A stretch of 63,943 bases of DNA, the filler included, from Reclinomonas americana ATCC 50394 (lineage: Eukaryota), in assembly GCA_048213135.1 (NCBI GenBank). It is 15 parts of 13 records of this genome, joined end to end, with 100 filler letters (N's around TTAATTAATTAA, not from the genome) between each part and the next. Parts side by side here need not be neighbours in the genome. Positions count along the whole stretch, not along the records: positions 45,728 to 58,977 come from PS015998.1; positions 59,078 to 61,501 come from AFZH01016404.1; positions 61,602 to 62,822 come from AFZH01016407.1; positions 62,923 to 63,943 come from PS016021.1; 11 more parts are not named here. One strand, written 5' to 3'. This document shows positions 50,301-63,092 of this stretch, piece after piece. The position numbers were made by a program, and so were the translations under genes. Below the pieces are notes generated by a model. The model searched no databases. It had not been told where the DNA came from and saw only the letters and a list, made by a program, of their open reading frames with translations. Each line of letters starts with the position of its first letter. The stretch's first letter is position 1.

Positions 50301-52812
50301 GGTACCAGAAGGGAAGGTGCTCGATCCGGAACCAGGCACGCCGATACTGGGCAGGGCACTGCTGTGCTGCCGCTGTCGAACGTGGGTTGGAGGGGCCACA
50401 CGGCGCGAGAGAGCAGCCGGTAGCCGACGCGAACCGCCAGCACTGGCAGTCCCCAGGGACGACGATGTGGGTGCTGCAAGTAAACACACACACGATGAGT
50501 ACTGTATGTCGTGAGGCACACTGCCAAGCGCGACAAACCAGTCCGCTGCAAACGGAAGCACACGTCTGCCAGCTCAGAGACGGGCGAAAACAGGCGGCGG
50601 AATATCGTGTTCTGGCCACTTGGCGGCAACGCTGCGAACAAAACAAGCACCAGCCGCGGTCAACAACGTGCAGGTGCACGAGTCGAACAAAAACCACACG
50701 CACCAAACAGTGGCACATCGTCGTCAAATGTCGACCTTGTTCGAGTCACCGCGTCTGCAGACGACGGCTGGTACGGCTGGAACTGCATGCGGAACAACGA
50801 CTCGGAACTCACTGTGGTGGAATGTGAGTGCGCGGCTGTCGCTTTTTGGGGGGATCTGCAACGTGGATTCGCTCACCAAGCGACTGTTCGTTGAGCGAGT
50901 TCAACTCCTCCGCCGACGGCACCCGTGAGAAAAAGTAGCCGCACATGAACAGGTAATCGACCAGACGATCACCGAGTCCCAGCGATTCCACCGCTTCGAG
51001 TCGCGCTTCGCTCGATCCTCTGCATCGGCAGTGTCAACAAGATGGAGAGAGATTGTTCAAACACACATTATGCACGCACATGTACGCAATGAGGGCCTCC
51101 AGCACCAGCAGCTGGAACTCAAACTCGCTGGCGGCAATGTGCATCGCGTTCTGCGATTCCAACGTCCGCCCATCTGCAGCCCCCTCCTGACCCGCCTCCA
51201 AGTCACTGAACACGGCGCGGCAAGGCACAGGCGGTTAACAAATGTCACGACGCATTGCGCGCACACAGTGACACACACCTGTCAGAGGCATTGAGTCGCA
51301 GCGACGAGGCCAACTTGGACGGCCAGCCCAGCGAATTGACAAGCACAGGAAGGCCACCGAACGCGGCAAACTTGTCGGTGCGCTCTCGCGGCAAATGTTC
51401 ATGTTGGATGAGACGGCCGGCGACCAGCGCCAACACCGTGTTGAGGCGCATGAGCTGCGGAAAGTGCCGCCGACTCGTCAATGACCGTGCAATGCTCATG
51501 GTCTCCACCAAAATGGGGAACGTTCCCTGCGACACGGGAAAATTGAGAGAAAGTGAGCGCGACGAGTCCCGCCTGCACGGACGGGTGTTTTATGTACCTG
51601 TGAAGCCAGCATCGCCACCGATGCATGATCCCACTCCGACGACGCCTCTTGCACCACATTGCGCAGCGACAGCTCGCTGTCCAGTTCCCACAATTTGATT
51701 CCCAGAAACGACGAGGTGATGGAGAAACACTCCAACAGTTGCGACTGTGTCGCACAACATGCGCAATCAATCAGTCAAGCAACTCGTGATAAAATGGTGG
51801 CGAGCATGTGCCGCACCGTGAGAAATCCCAAGTACGACTCGTCCGTCTCTCGTAACCTGAGGGAGAGCATCACCTGCTCGGCCTCCGACAGGTCCTTCAG
51901 CTTGGTGTTGCATGCGCGGACAATCAAAAAGAGCCACGGGAACACGTCGTAGAATCGGAGGAGATCCAGCAAGCGGAGGTTGCGGGCAATTACCGCACAC
52001 ATGCGCACCATGGAGCGGCCTGGGGGCTTGGCAAACGATGCCTCCAGGTAATCGGAGCTCGACGCGGAGAACTCTGCACGCGACATACGGTGAGCAGCGT
52101 GGACCATCACGAGGTGGGATGCCAGCAACAGACAAACAAACCCTCGCTCATGTACTTGGCGTACTCCTCCAGCTGATCCACCAGCCACTTGACCACGGGT
52201 GACGGAACACCGTCGGTGGCGCCTGCGCAGCGGAATGATCCCATTAGTTACTGCCTCACGACAGCGTGCAAGCGAAAACACACAACTGTCGTCGCCAATG
52301 CCACTACTCTCGTTGTCGTACTGCCGCAGAAACTCGGTGACAAACTCGTCGCGCTGCGTGGGTCCCTGTGTACATCGCTCCCACAGACGGCTCAACGAGC
52401 GGCCCCCAAATGTGTGTCTAGGGAGAGGAGGAATGAGCACACACGCTCACGAGCCCAGTGTGGGGTGAGGGCGACGCAACGGCCAGTCGATGCCATCGTT
52501 GGGATCCACCTCCGGCAACGATTCCGGCACATCCAACGCCGGCGTCACCAGATCGATTCCACTGCCACGCACAAACGTGGTGTTGCCGGCCGCCATTACA
52601 CTGACCACGCCGCCGCCACCAACAGCGCCACCACTGCCGCCACCCGCAGCTGTGCTTGCCAGTGGCGACGGAAGATCCGACGACAACAACCGTGGAGGCA
52701 CAGCGACCGCCGACGTGGGTGATCCCACCACGCGTCCATCACTGCCACTGGCCCCCGAAGCACTGCCGCCACTCCTGGCGCGACCTCCGAACAGGCGTCG
52801 CAGAAAGCTCAT
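38344..52812 (-). CDS. Large BEACH-domain protein (neurobeachin/LRBA-like: ARM region, ConA/LamG-like, PH, BEACH); 3' WD40 part missing
   Basis: [110 protein letters not shown] and ERGPW..FWKL. ATG at 52812 ([10 protein letters not shown]). Confidence 0.93.
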
Positions 52813-53454
52813 CCTCGTTGCTCACACGTGCTCCTGCTCCTACTGCAGCTGCTGCGGATGGACGGATCCCGCGTCCAGCACACAAACACACTCCTCCGGA
52901 GTACGCACACGCGGAAATGAGGAGAAACACACGCCCGGATAACCCTATATGCGTGGCCGGAGTCAGTCTGCCAGTCAAGTCAACTCATTGTCTCACAGAG
53001 ACACACATTGCTCTCAAGACAACACACACTGAAGGAGAGAATGAGGCGGAGAGAGAGAGCGCGCGCGCGGGGAAGAGATAGAGAGACACACACTGCGGAA
53101 GAACACGCGCATCAGGCTCCGACCTATGAAATACATTGACCGCGACTTTATCTCTCTTCCCCCGCAGTCACGCACACACAATGTGCAACACATAAAGAGT
53201 GAGAGAGCAAGAGCGCGAGAGAGAGAGACACAGCGTGTCCTCTGCTGGCCTGCGGAAATCGCGGACATGCGTAACACACACATACGCACTCGCCCTCTCC
53301 CTATTGCCGCCACTCACTGTCTCTCTCTGTGTCCACACACCAGCGTGCAAGAGAACAACCGCGGCTGCGAGGAAGACGGCGGCCAGATGATGATTGAGTG
53401 AGTGTGGACAGTTTCATTGACGTCACATCTCTGTTGGTTTTTGTGCGAGAAAAG

Positions 53455-54585
53455 ATGGGCTGTGGCGGGAGCAGTCAACGAAGCGACGCGCCGGCGTTTG
53501 CGCCAATGTGCGAGGAGATTCTGGCGTGCGGGCAGGATGAGAAGCCGACAGAGGTCCTCAAGCGCGCGTTCACAAGAGCCGCAGCACCAGCAGGCGCCAC
53601 TGGAGGTCTTTGTCTCTCGCTCTCTCAGTGTGTATGTGTCTCTCTCTCGTGTGACCATGTGTGTGTTTATGTGCGCAGAGTTGAGCGTCGTGTCGCTGGC
53701 CATGGAGGTGCGTAACAGCAAGAGCCCGTTTTTGGTGATCAGACGTTATCATCTCACTTGTCTCAACACACACACACACACACTCTCTCTCTCTCGCACA
53801 CTCGCACGTGTGCTGGCTGTCACAGCTGCCGAATCTGTTCATGGATGCGATCCACTCGACGCGCTTTCAGGGCGCGGTCTCACAGTTGTTCTCTGGATCT
53901 TCATCGGCAAGTCAATCCTTTACGCACACACACACACACATACACGCGAGACACGCACAACGCTTGACAGACACAGAGCGGCTGCTGAGTGTTGTGTTGG
54001 GGGGGCGACGGTCTATTTCCGAGGTTTTTTTGGCGCCAATTGCTCACCGACTGTTGCCGTCGATCGCACGCAGGTCCACAAGGACAACGTGAATGTGTAT
54101 GTGGAGAAGGCACACAAGGGTACGTTCTACTGCACACGTGTGTGCAGGGAGGCGAGTCACTGAGAGGCATCTGTGCGCAGCTTTTGTGACGGCCTTCCCA
54201 AACTATCATTTCGGTGTGCCCAACCAGCAGCACGTGCAGCTGGCACTGCGAGGTGCGACGGAAGCCTGTTGTTGTGATGGAGGCTTTGTCATTACAAGCA
54301 ACCAATTTGTATTTCGTCGTGTACACACACACACACAGGTGTGCTGAAGGTGTCGGGAAACAGCGACCAGTTGTTTGTGTCGCGGCAGGATTTCTGCCGC
54401 ATGCTCGAGCGCGTCATGCTGGTCAGCTACATGTCGGGTGAGTGCGTGTCATTTTGTGCCCGCTGGCCGTGCCCGCTAGCTGAGGCCGGTCGCCCCCGTG
54501 CGCAGAGTTCACGGCTCCCTCTGGCGATGCCGCCGGCGACACTCACGACGACGAGTATGGCGGGTACAGCACCGGAACGCAGTGA
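53455..54585 (+). CDS. Small hypothetical protein with an N-terminal myristoylation/palmitoylation motif (MGCGGS), 7 exons
   Basis: Exons join in frame: MGCGGSSQRS..|ELSVVSLAME|LPNLFMD..SGSSS|VHKDNV..|AFVTAFPNYHF..|GVLKVSG..SRQDFCRMLERVMLVSYMS|EF..GTQ*. Confidence 0.7.
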
Positions 54586-54695
54586 TGCGGGGTGGAACGG
54601 AAGGCGGGTGGTACAGTGAGCGCTCCAGGGAGAGTACAGCAGTGAAAAAATCACAAAAAAAGAATGACGATGTACATGACGACGTGTTGTTTCTA

Positions 54696-57526
54696 CTATG
54701 GTGGTGGTGCTGATGAACCGGCGGCAGAGGTGGCCACAAAGTGCAACGAGTCGAACGCGTCCTTGACCTCGTGCAGCACGTGCGTGTTGATGTCTGCGTG
54801 ACTGGCGACAAATTGCGCGAGGCACAAGCGATCGGTACCGACCGCCACGGCACGGGCCAGCACGCTGACCACCATGTCGCCGAGTTCGGTGTCGGCCTCC
54901 ATGTCCACGCCAGAGTACTCGTGCTCTTCGCCGTCTTCGGTGGCCTCACTGGCTACCGTCCAGCGCGCCTCCACGGCGCCACCCCACAAGAGCCCTGCAT
55001 GCGTGTTATACTGAGACAACAGTGTGGGAGCATGAGTGGGTGGGTGGGTGAATGTGACGAAACCAGGAATCATGCGGTCAATGTCGGTCTGCGCCAGGAG
55101 CGCCACCTGTGGCGCGAACTTGATGGCAGGCGAGCGCTCCATCCAGAACACGGTGAGGGTCGGCAGCAACGATCGCCTCGGCGACGTGCCACGGTCGCGC
55201 AGGAAGCTGGCCACCATGGTCTCTGGCAGCGCACAACCGCCCTCGCCACCACCGTCGTCGTCGTCGTGCGAGTCCAACGCGTGGCACCACGACGTGGCCG
55301 GCAGCGAAATCGACACACCACACACGGCACTGAAGAGGCGGATGGTGGGAGTGGCGGCGAGGTCGCGAGGAATCGTGTGCACCGACCTGGTGACGCGCGC
55401 GTGGTCAGCGAATGCAGAAAGGGGGAGACTCTGTCGAGCCCACGCAACCCAATGATGAACTCGGCCAGCGGAACAAACTCCTCGTCCTCCGCCAGCGGCG
55501 TGGTCAGTGTGATGCGTGCACGCCCTGGTATGCGCACCTGCAGGCATCGCATCTCGATGTTCATCTTGGTGAAGACGGCCTCGGAGCGTGGCCAGTCGCG
55601 CCGCTGGACCCGACCATCTCGCTGATCATCGCCGTACTCGTCAGCTGGCATGGCACTGCTGCCTGGCTTCTCATCGTCGGCCGAGTCCAGGTGCACATCA
55701 ATCTGTTGCCAAAACTGCGCATCGTCCTCCACATCCTCCCGCTTCACCACCATCACCACGTCGCCGACGAGCGGGAAGTGATGTTGGAAGATGTACGGAT
55801 AGGTGATGGAGTAGCCGAGGCGCGGGTCACGAATCGTCACCAGATCTGTTGCCTTGAGGTCCATGTGCAACACAGTGTCCACGATGCGCAGTGTTTTGCA
55901 CACGCGGAAAAAGGCGCGTACGGCGAGTCGAGCCTCCTGGACATACGATCGCGCTCGTGGCACCACTGCGGCGCAAGGTGGGTGAGGTAAAGGAGTGTGA
56001 AGATATGAGAGGACGGCCACGAAACTCAGTCGGAGGGAGACAGTCTTGCGACTGACGACCGCGATCAGTGTCCACTGGCGCATGGGCTGCAGCGAGCCGT
56101 CATCTCGTTTGAGGTCCTGTTTGTTTTGGAAGGGAGAAGGGTGAGAGAGGAGAGTGCTGCAGTCTGCTACACGTACGCGACGCGCACGAAACGACTCGGT
56201 GGCACAGCACAGCGGCCTCGATGGGTTCCGACTGCCCGCCGGCTGGGGGGAGCTCGAACCGGATTTCGTCACCCAGCGACATGCCGGGTGCAATCATGGT
56301 GCCCGGCACCACCTCGCTGTCGCATCCCAGGCGCTGATTCAACACCGCCTGCACTCCACACAGTGAGAACACGCTGGGGAAAGGAACCCAAGAAGCACCA
56401 GTAGCGCACGCACCTTGGCCTGTCGCAGTGTAAAATGCGACGGACATCCCTCGGCCATCGCAATCATGCGTGGTGTGTGCGTCTCGATGCGATCCGGTCG
56501 CTCGGGTGTGGTGCACACAAACGTGGCCGACACGCGCTTGGCGGTGCCTGGCCGTCGATCAGGCGTCACCTCCATCCAGTGCGCCGGGTACTGCGACAGA
56601 CACACAGAGTGATGAGGAGACTCTTTTAACACTTGTGAGTGCCCACACGCACCTGGAACGAGAAACCACCACGCATGTCAATGAACGGCGTGTACGCCAA
56701 CGCATCGCCAGCACTCGCCAGTTCGCCACGCGACTGGGGAGCCGACAAGTGACGATTTGGCGATCGAGAGGCCGACGCAGAAGAGACCTGCGGTCGCTGC
56801 TGCTGCTGTTGTGGCTGTGGGTGAAGCGACGGTGGCGGACTGATGCTCGAGCCCATCATGGACTGCGGTGGAGGCGAGAGGCCGGTGGACGACGACGACG
56901 AGGAGAGGTAGCCAGTCAGGTTGAACTTGGCAATCAGCTGTCGCCACGTCTCATCGTCATCCTCATCGTCATCCTCATCATCATCATCGTCGTCATCTCC
57001 CTCCTTGCTTCGCGCTCGCCGATCGCTGTCCTCGAGATACGGCTCCTCGCGCAGCAGTGTCGCAGTCGACCTGACAGGCGTCGACGGTGTGTGCAGCCAC
57101 TCGGCGGGATCGTCGTCGGGGTCCACGCTGTGGTGTCGGTGCGGCTGCGAGGCACACGCATCTCAGACTCACACGTGCGAAGAAGAGAGAGAGAGATCAT
57201 GATGCGAATCACACCTGCTCTTCTTCATCGTCGTCTTCATCAGTGTGCAGCACGTCCAGCGAGGCATCAGAGTCGGGCGCAGGGAGCACTGCTGTCGCGC
57301 GAGTGTGGCGTTCAGGCGACGGTGATCGTGGTGTCGGTGTGGATGACGGTGGAGATGACGAAGTGGTGGTGGTGGTGGTGGCGGTGACGAGGCGATAGAG
57401 CAGGAAGCTCACGGAGGAGAGGGCGACTGCAGCACCGACGGCGTAGGCGCCCCATTGCCACCAGGGGGTGGACTGGCCGATACCGCCATCGTCGTCGTCG
57501 CCGTCGACGTCGCCTTCGCGCTGCAT
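54696..57526 (-). CDS. N-terminally membrane-anchored protein with three PsbP/Mog1/DcrB-like domains (paralog B)
   Basis: TM segment WWQWGAYAVGAAVALSSVSFLLYRL. Domains start FIDMRGGFSFQYPAHW, IRDPRLGYSITYPYIF and LFSAVCGVSISLPATSW. It is collinear with paralog A. Confidence 0.72.
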
Positions 57527-57939
57527 TTCGCGCGCAATTGGAAAACGAAATTGCTTGACAGGTTAATTTGAGACGGGCCAGGCCATTACACAAGGGTGCA
57601 ACGTAGTGGATGGGGCAGGAAGATGGACCAACAATGCAGCTGATGTGCCAAGCGCAACTCGAAATCGAATTTCAAGTTACTGTAGACAGTGTATGTGATC
57701 ATGATCCAGATCATCAGGATCCGCCGTCACTTCTGTTGCCTTTACATCCCCACATGGACACGGCTGCAGTTCGGATCACACACTGTACTACAGTACATCA
57801 GTGCCAATATTATTCACGAAAGCAGCGCAGGGCGACTGCGGCCTCCTCTGGCGACAGCTTGTAAAACCTGGTATCTTTGCCACCCGACGACGCCTGGTAA
57901 TACACCACCCCGCCAGGTCCGAGAAGCGGACCGTGGAGC

Positions 57940-58887
57940 CTACGACAGTACCGCAGACGCGGCGGTGCAGCACGACGCACAAATCCTGCAAAGCAGTGTT
58001 GACAAAGAACGGCGACAAACACTAAGCTGCAGTGCTGTCATCCCCCTAAAAAAACCTGCATCAGGGCCGAACCCATCGCCGTCGCCAGCGCACTCGCTTC
58101 TTGTCACGCTCTCATCACTGTCGACGTCGTTGACCAGAGACGGCTTCGAGCCTTCCACCATCGACAGCTCGTCTTCGAGATCGATGAGGGAGGTCGACTG
58201 AGCCAGACAAAGGGCTTGCTCGATGAGCTTCTTCGCCTCGTGCCACACCTTCTCATCGAGGGAAACAGTTGGAGCGGCAAGGGCGCCCATGATGACCCGA
58301 AGCACGTGTCGTGCACGGCTGTTCAGCTCACTGCTGACGACAGCATCTTCCGAAACATGACTGCTGAGCTCGGCCACGCACGCAGCAACCTCTCGCAACA
58401 GTTGCTGCCTGTCGAGGTTCTCCATGTCGACCGCACCATCACTGCTGCTGTTCTCCACTCCTTCGTCACCGAGCTTGCGCAGTGCGGTCCTCACTTGACG
58501 CATGAGCATGCTGTGCAGTGAGTCCCAGAGACAGGTCGGTCAGCCATCGAGGCACACAAAGAGCACTGCCTCTCCGCACTCACCACCGATAGTCATCGAA
58601 ATGTGATGATACGTACACCTTCAGTCGCACTAGAGGATGGTGAAGAGCATAAGCACGGGAAGAACCACAATGCAGAAGAAGAGCGCAGCGACAGACACCA
58701 CCTTCGTCGTCCGAGAGTCTGTTCGTGCTCTCATCCGCTCGATCGCGACTGCCTCTCGCTCCCATCGGAAGCTCCTCTGGTGGCCGGCGTGTGTGTGTGT
58801 GTGTTGATGCGACGAATGAGTGGCTTGCTCTCCAACTTTACAGAACCCGACTCGAGTGGCGGGAGAGGACACGACGTTCAGATCCAC
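57940..58887 (-). CDS. Hypothetical protein fragment with a possible TM helix and a helical acidic region
   Basis: The ORFs VSVAALFFCIVVLPVLMLFTIL and MLMRQVRTALRKLGDE..EAKKLIEQAL look coding. The exon boundaries are uncertain. Confidence 0.4.
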
Positions 58888-59097
58888 CCCTTGCCAACAA
58901 GGGCCTCTCCTCTCTGCGACGAAGGCAACATATACACGAATGCAGAACGCTATCTATTCCCCATCCGCACACACACTNNNNNNNNNNNNNNNNNNNNNNN
59001 NNNNNNNNNNNNNNNNNNNNNTTAATTAATTAANNNNNNNNNNNNNNNNNNNNNNNNNNNNNNNNNNNNNNNNNNNNCGAGTATCATCGCCAACGCA

Positions 59098-60823
59098 AGG
59101 CACAGGCCGAGGCCGAACTGACTCACATCAAGGAGGTGGAGTCTCGAGTACGGTGCGTAACACGAGCCCCTCCTCTCCGCTCTCACTCTCGCTCTCTCTT
59201 ATCTCTCTCTGATCCACCGGTTGCAGGTTGGAGCCACCGGCGTCGATTGTCGCCGCAGCCAATGTGCCGCCGTTGGTACCTGTACAGACCGACATGCGAC
59301 CGATGCACGCTGCTCCGTCAGCAGCAGCAGCAGCGCCACCACCCTCATCAGTTTCATCGCAGCAACGCAGTCCATACGCGCCCTATTCACGGGCGGCAGC
59401 CACCGCCCCGACAGACCACGGTGCATACCCGCCGTCGTCGTACTACACGCCGACAGCAACAGCAGCGGCTTCGGCGGCTCCGGCCACCATCGAGGCGTCG
59501 CCCTACGCACAGCCCGACTATGGGTCGGGTTTCGAATCGCTGGATCAGGTTTGTGTGTGTGTGTGTCTGCATCTGTGCTCAACGTGATTTGTTTGGCTTC
59601 TGACTTGACCGCAGGTGGTCGCGCGTCTGCGCATGGAGCGCGAGCGACGCGAACGCAGTGCGAAGGAGCGTGAGGAGCGAGGATCGGGTCTGCAGTCGGC
59701 GCCGGCTCCGGCAGCACAGCCTATCCGTGCCCCGGCAATCACCACGACAACAGCGACGGCCACCAGTCCCGTGGGGGGCAGTGGCCGCTCGTTGCCGACA
59801 TATGGACGTGGTGAGCACCACCTGCTCAGACGTGTGCACGGGGTCGAACACGCACTCAATTCGTCTCCTATCACTCCCACGAACACCACCAACGTCACCT
59901 CCACGCGCTATCCGCTCGATGAGTTTGACCTGTAGCTCCTTTCCCTTTAACCTGTACCTTTTTTTCGTTTAGTTTTGAGTGTAGCATCTTCTTTTATTGT
60001 TCACCATTCGCCCTCGCCTATCACCACCCTCTTCTGATCGCTGACACCGTCTGCGTTTGTGTGGGTGTGTATCGCAGCTCGTCCCGTCTCCACCGTCTCC
60101 ACGGCCACCAACACCTCCGTGAGCACACCGCAGACCATGAACCGCGCCACCTCGCCACCCTCGATCTTGTCGCTGCCGCTGGCCAGCGTGCAGGCACAAT
60201 TGGGCGCTCCACAGCAACTGCGAGTACCGCTGTCGCCAAAGGAGAGGCAGCTTCTTGCGGACGTGCCGCCGCTGTCGGTGAGCAGTTGTCGGTTTTTTCC
60301 TGCTCGCAAAAGCATGCGTGCCTCAACCCGTTGATGTGAACTGCAGTATGAGCTTCATCGGCAGTTGGAGGAGCGGCTGGACCGCCTGAGTGCACGCAAC
60401 GAGTCCGGAGGACGACCCATGATCAGCGACATTCACGAGGCCGACGCCACCGACGATTCCGCACAAAACCTCTCCGTCTCTGGCGACATGCTGATTGTCG
60501 AGGAAGGCCCCACGCCCACCGGATCGCACTCACGCAGCCACCACCACGCTGCGCACCCGCAGCACTCGATGCACGGTCGCATGCCGTACGGTACGTGTCA
60601 ACTGCCCGACCTGCGTTTCCAACTCTCCATGTTGCATTCAACGCCTGTTCGTAACAGCCAACCTCTCCACCGACGACTACACACTATGGTCCGCGCACAG
60701 CGACGACGACGAGGCATCCTCTGTGCACTTGTCACAGTTGGACGCAAGTCAGCGACGTGGCGGCGGAGGTGGTCGCTGGTGAACAACACCGAGGCCGACA
60801 GACCGCAGGCAGCGCACGAATAG
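59098..60823 (+). CDS. Hypothetical low-complexity/coiled-coil protein, 3' exons
   Basis: GT-AG-bounded exons EYHRQRKAQAEAEL..|LEPPAS..LDQ|VVARLRMERERRER..|..|YELHRQLEERLDRL. Confidence 0.55.
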
Positions 60824-61172
60824 AGCGTCTCACAGTAAGCAGAGGCGAAGGATGGGCAAAGGAAAAGGAGGGGTTTTTATGAAGGGTTTTCGGAAGTTCT
60901 TGTCCCACAGTTCCCAACGATCACGCATTCACTGCTCACACAGCACGCGCTCAGTCTGTGCTTTGTGTGTGTGTGCGTGTGTGTGTAATGAGCACACCGA
61001 GTGTGGAGCCACCGGTGAGAGAGTGATACAAGTGTCACTTGACCAAAGTGTGTGTGTGTGCTCACTTTCATCTCTGTCTTGTGTCTCTCTCTGTGGGGGG
61101 CAAAAGGCACAGGGTTCGCGCTCAGGCACTCACCAACGCACTCGCTTTCAAGTCGGTGTCGGAAGCGGTTCA

Positions 61173-61467
61173 ATGGAGGATACCAGTGCGGATGATCCAT
61201 CGCCATTGACACCGGCCTCACAAGCTGCACTGGTGCATACATACACACTGAGAGGGAGAAGAAGAAGAAGAAGAAAAAGAGACTTACATTGTGTGTGTGT
61301 GCATCAGGCAATGCCGGTTCGGTCAATGGCCTCATTGCAAGCAATGGCTCCGATGATTCAAGGCTCCCTGTTGAAACAAGAGAGCAGTGTGTTTCGCGGG
61401 CGTTTGTGGAAGGAACGGTGGTTTGCTGTGGTCGCCTCTCACTTTTGCAAGTATCGGAACAAGGGGG
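61173..61467 (+). CDS. PH-domain protein, first two exons
   Basis: MEDTSADD..AAL|AMPVRS..IQGSLLKQESSVFRGRLWKERWFAVVASHFCKYRNKG matches the PH beta1-beta3 pattern. Confidence 0.7.
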
Positions 61468-61601
61468 TGTGTCTTGTCGGTCTTGTCTGTCTGCCTCTAT
61501 ANNNNNNNNNNNNNNNNNNNNNNNNNNNNNNNNNNNNNNNNNNNNTTAATTAATTAANNNNNNNNNNNNNNNNNNNNNNNNNNNNNNNNNNNNNNNNNNN
61601 N

Positions 61602-62792
61602 CGCATCGTTGGTGTCGTCTCCTCCTCCGCCGCCGCCGCCTCCTCCGCCTCAACCGCCGCGCTCGCGTGCGTTTGTGGTGGTGCCAGAGTCGCCAGTGGC
61701 CAGTGAGCAGGATGTGTCGCGATCGCCTTCACCGATCATGTCGCGCTCGTTGAGCCCGCCTCTGCATCGTATTGTTGTCAACGATGATGATGAGCAGGAG
61801 GAGGAGGAAGAGGAGGCCGCGAGAAGAGGCTTCTCTGATGACGACGAGGGGCGATGGGAGACGGGCAGTCTGAACGCGCACACGGTGTATCTGTTGCCGT
61901 CGTCGCGCACGGGGCAGTACTTGCGACGCATGCCGAGTCCGCGTGGAGTGCTGGCGTTGCCGGATCGGCATGAGGTCGAGCTGCGATCGCTTACTGGGTC
62001 GCCGGCAGCAGCTACTGCCGCCAGTGCTTCGCCGCCACCACCGCTTTCGCGATCGCCGGTGGGTGCTTATCCTCCTCCTTCTTCTCCTCGTCTCTCATGC
62101 TCATCGCGTTGTGTCGTTAGAGTCGATCGCCGGGAGGTGGGTCGCCGCGACGAATGGCGGCCGCGCCCTTGTCGCCCGACGCGATGGTGCAGTACGTGCC
62201 GCTGACGCCGTACTCGCCGGCGGCCTCGGAGGTCAGTCTGCCGGGCTTGTCGCCGATGGCGCGATTCGTGGAGCCACCAGGTGCGTGTGTGCTTGCTTTC
62301 GTGTGGTGCGCTCCCGACGCTCACCATGAGGGTGCAGCACTGTCTCCTCCGGGACCAACCATGTCGGCTCTTGCTGCCGCCGATCCCGTGGCCTTCCTGG
62401 AGGCGGTGCCGGCACCCGAGACCCGTCAGAGCATGCAGACGCGGCACGAGAAGAGTCTGCAGGTCAGTGTGCACTGAATACTCGAGACAGAGAGAGTGTG
62501 TGTGTGTGATACACATTGTGTGTCTGCGTGCAGGATCTGCGCGCCTACTACGAGGCCGAGTTGCAACGCATGGAGGAGGAAAAGGTGAGAGCGCTTCTGT
62601 GCGTGTGCGCTTGTTGCTGCGCGCGACGACTGATCGCAAGTCGTGCAGCTGGAGAACGAGCGGACCATGCGTGAGGAGATCATGCGCGAGTTGCGCCGTG
62701 CCAAGGCCGACAAGGAGGGCATTGAGGATCGGTACTCGAGTGAGATTGATGAGTTGCAGCGCGCGTTGCACGAGCAGCGCAAGAAGGCCGAG
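61602..62792 (+). CDS. Proline-rich and coiled-coil exons (possibly a continuation of the PH gene)
   Basis: [15 protein letters not shown]..; QTRHEKSLQ|DLRAYYEAELQRMEEEK..LENERTMREEIMRELRRAKADKE. Confidence 0.55.
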
Positions 62793-63092
62793 GTCTGTAA
62801 CCGCAAACAAGGCAGAGCATTGNNNNNNNNNNNNNNNNNNNNNNNNNNNNNNNNNNNNNNNNNNNNTTAATTAATTAANNNNNNNNNNNNNNNNNNNNNN
62901 NNNNNNNNNNNNNNNNNNNNNNAGAAGAGAATGCTTTTCTCGTATCCCAGGCACGTCTGGGAGAGCGAGACAATTCAGAAAACGCGAGGGATGGATGGGA
63001 AAGAGGGAAAAAAGGGGGAAATGTGAGAGAAAGAGAGAGAGAGGAAGAAGAAGAGGACGCACACGACAGAGAAACGGCCTCAGTCAACGTAC

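Noticed and set aside
50870..50991. [10 protein letters not shown] as a uDENN domain start inside the BEACH gene
   Set aside because: The context is helical ARM-like sequence and no further DENN motifs were found.
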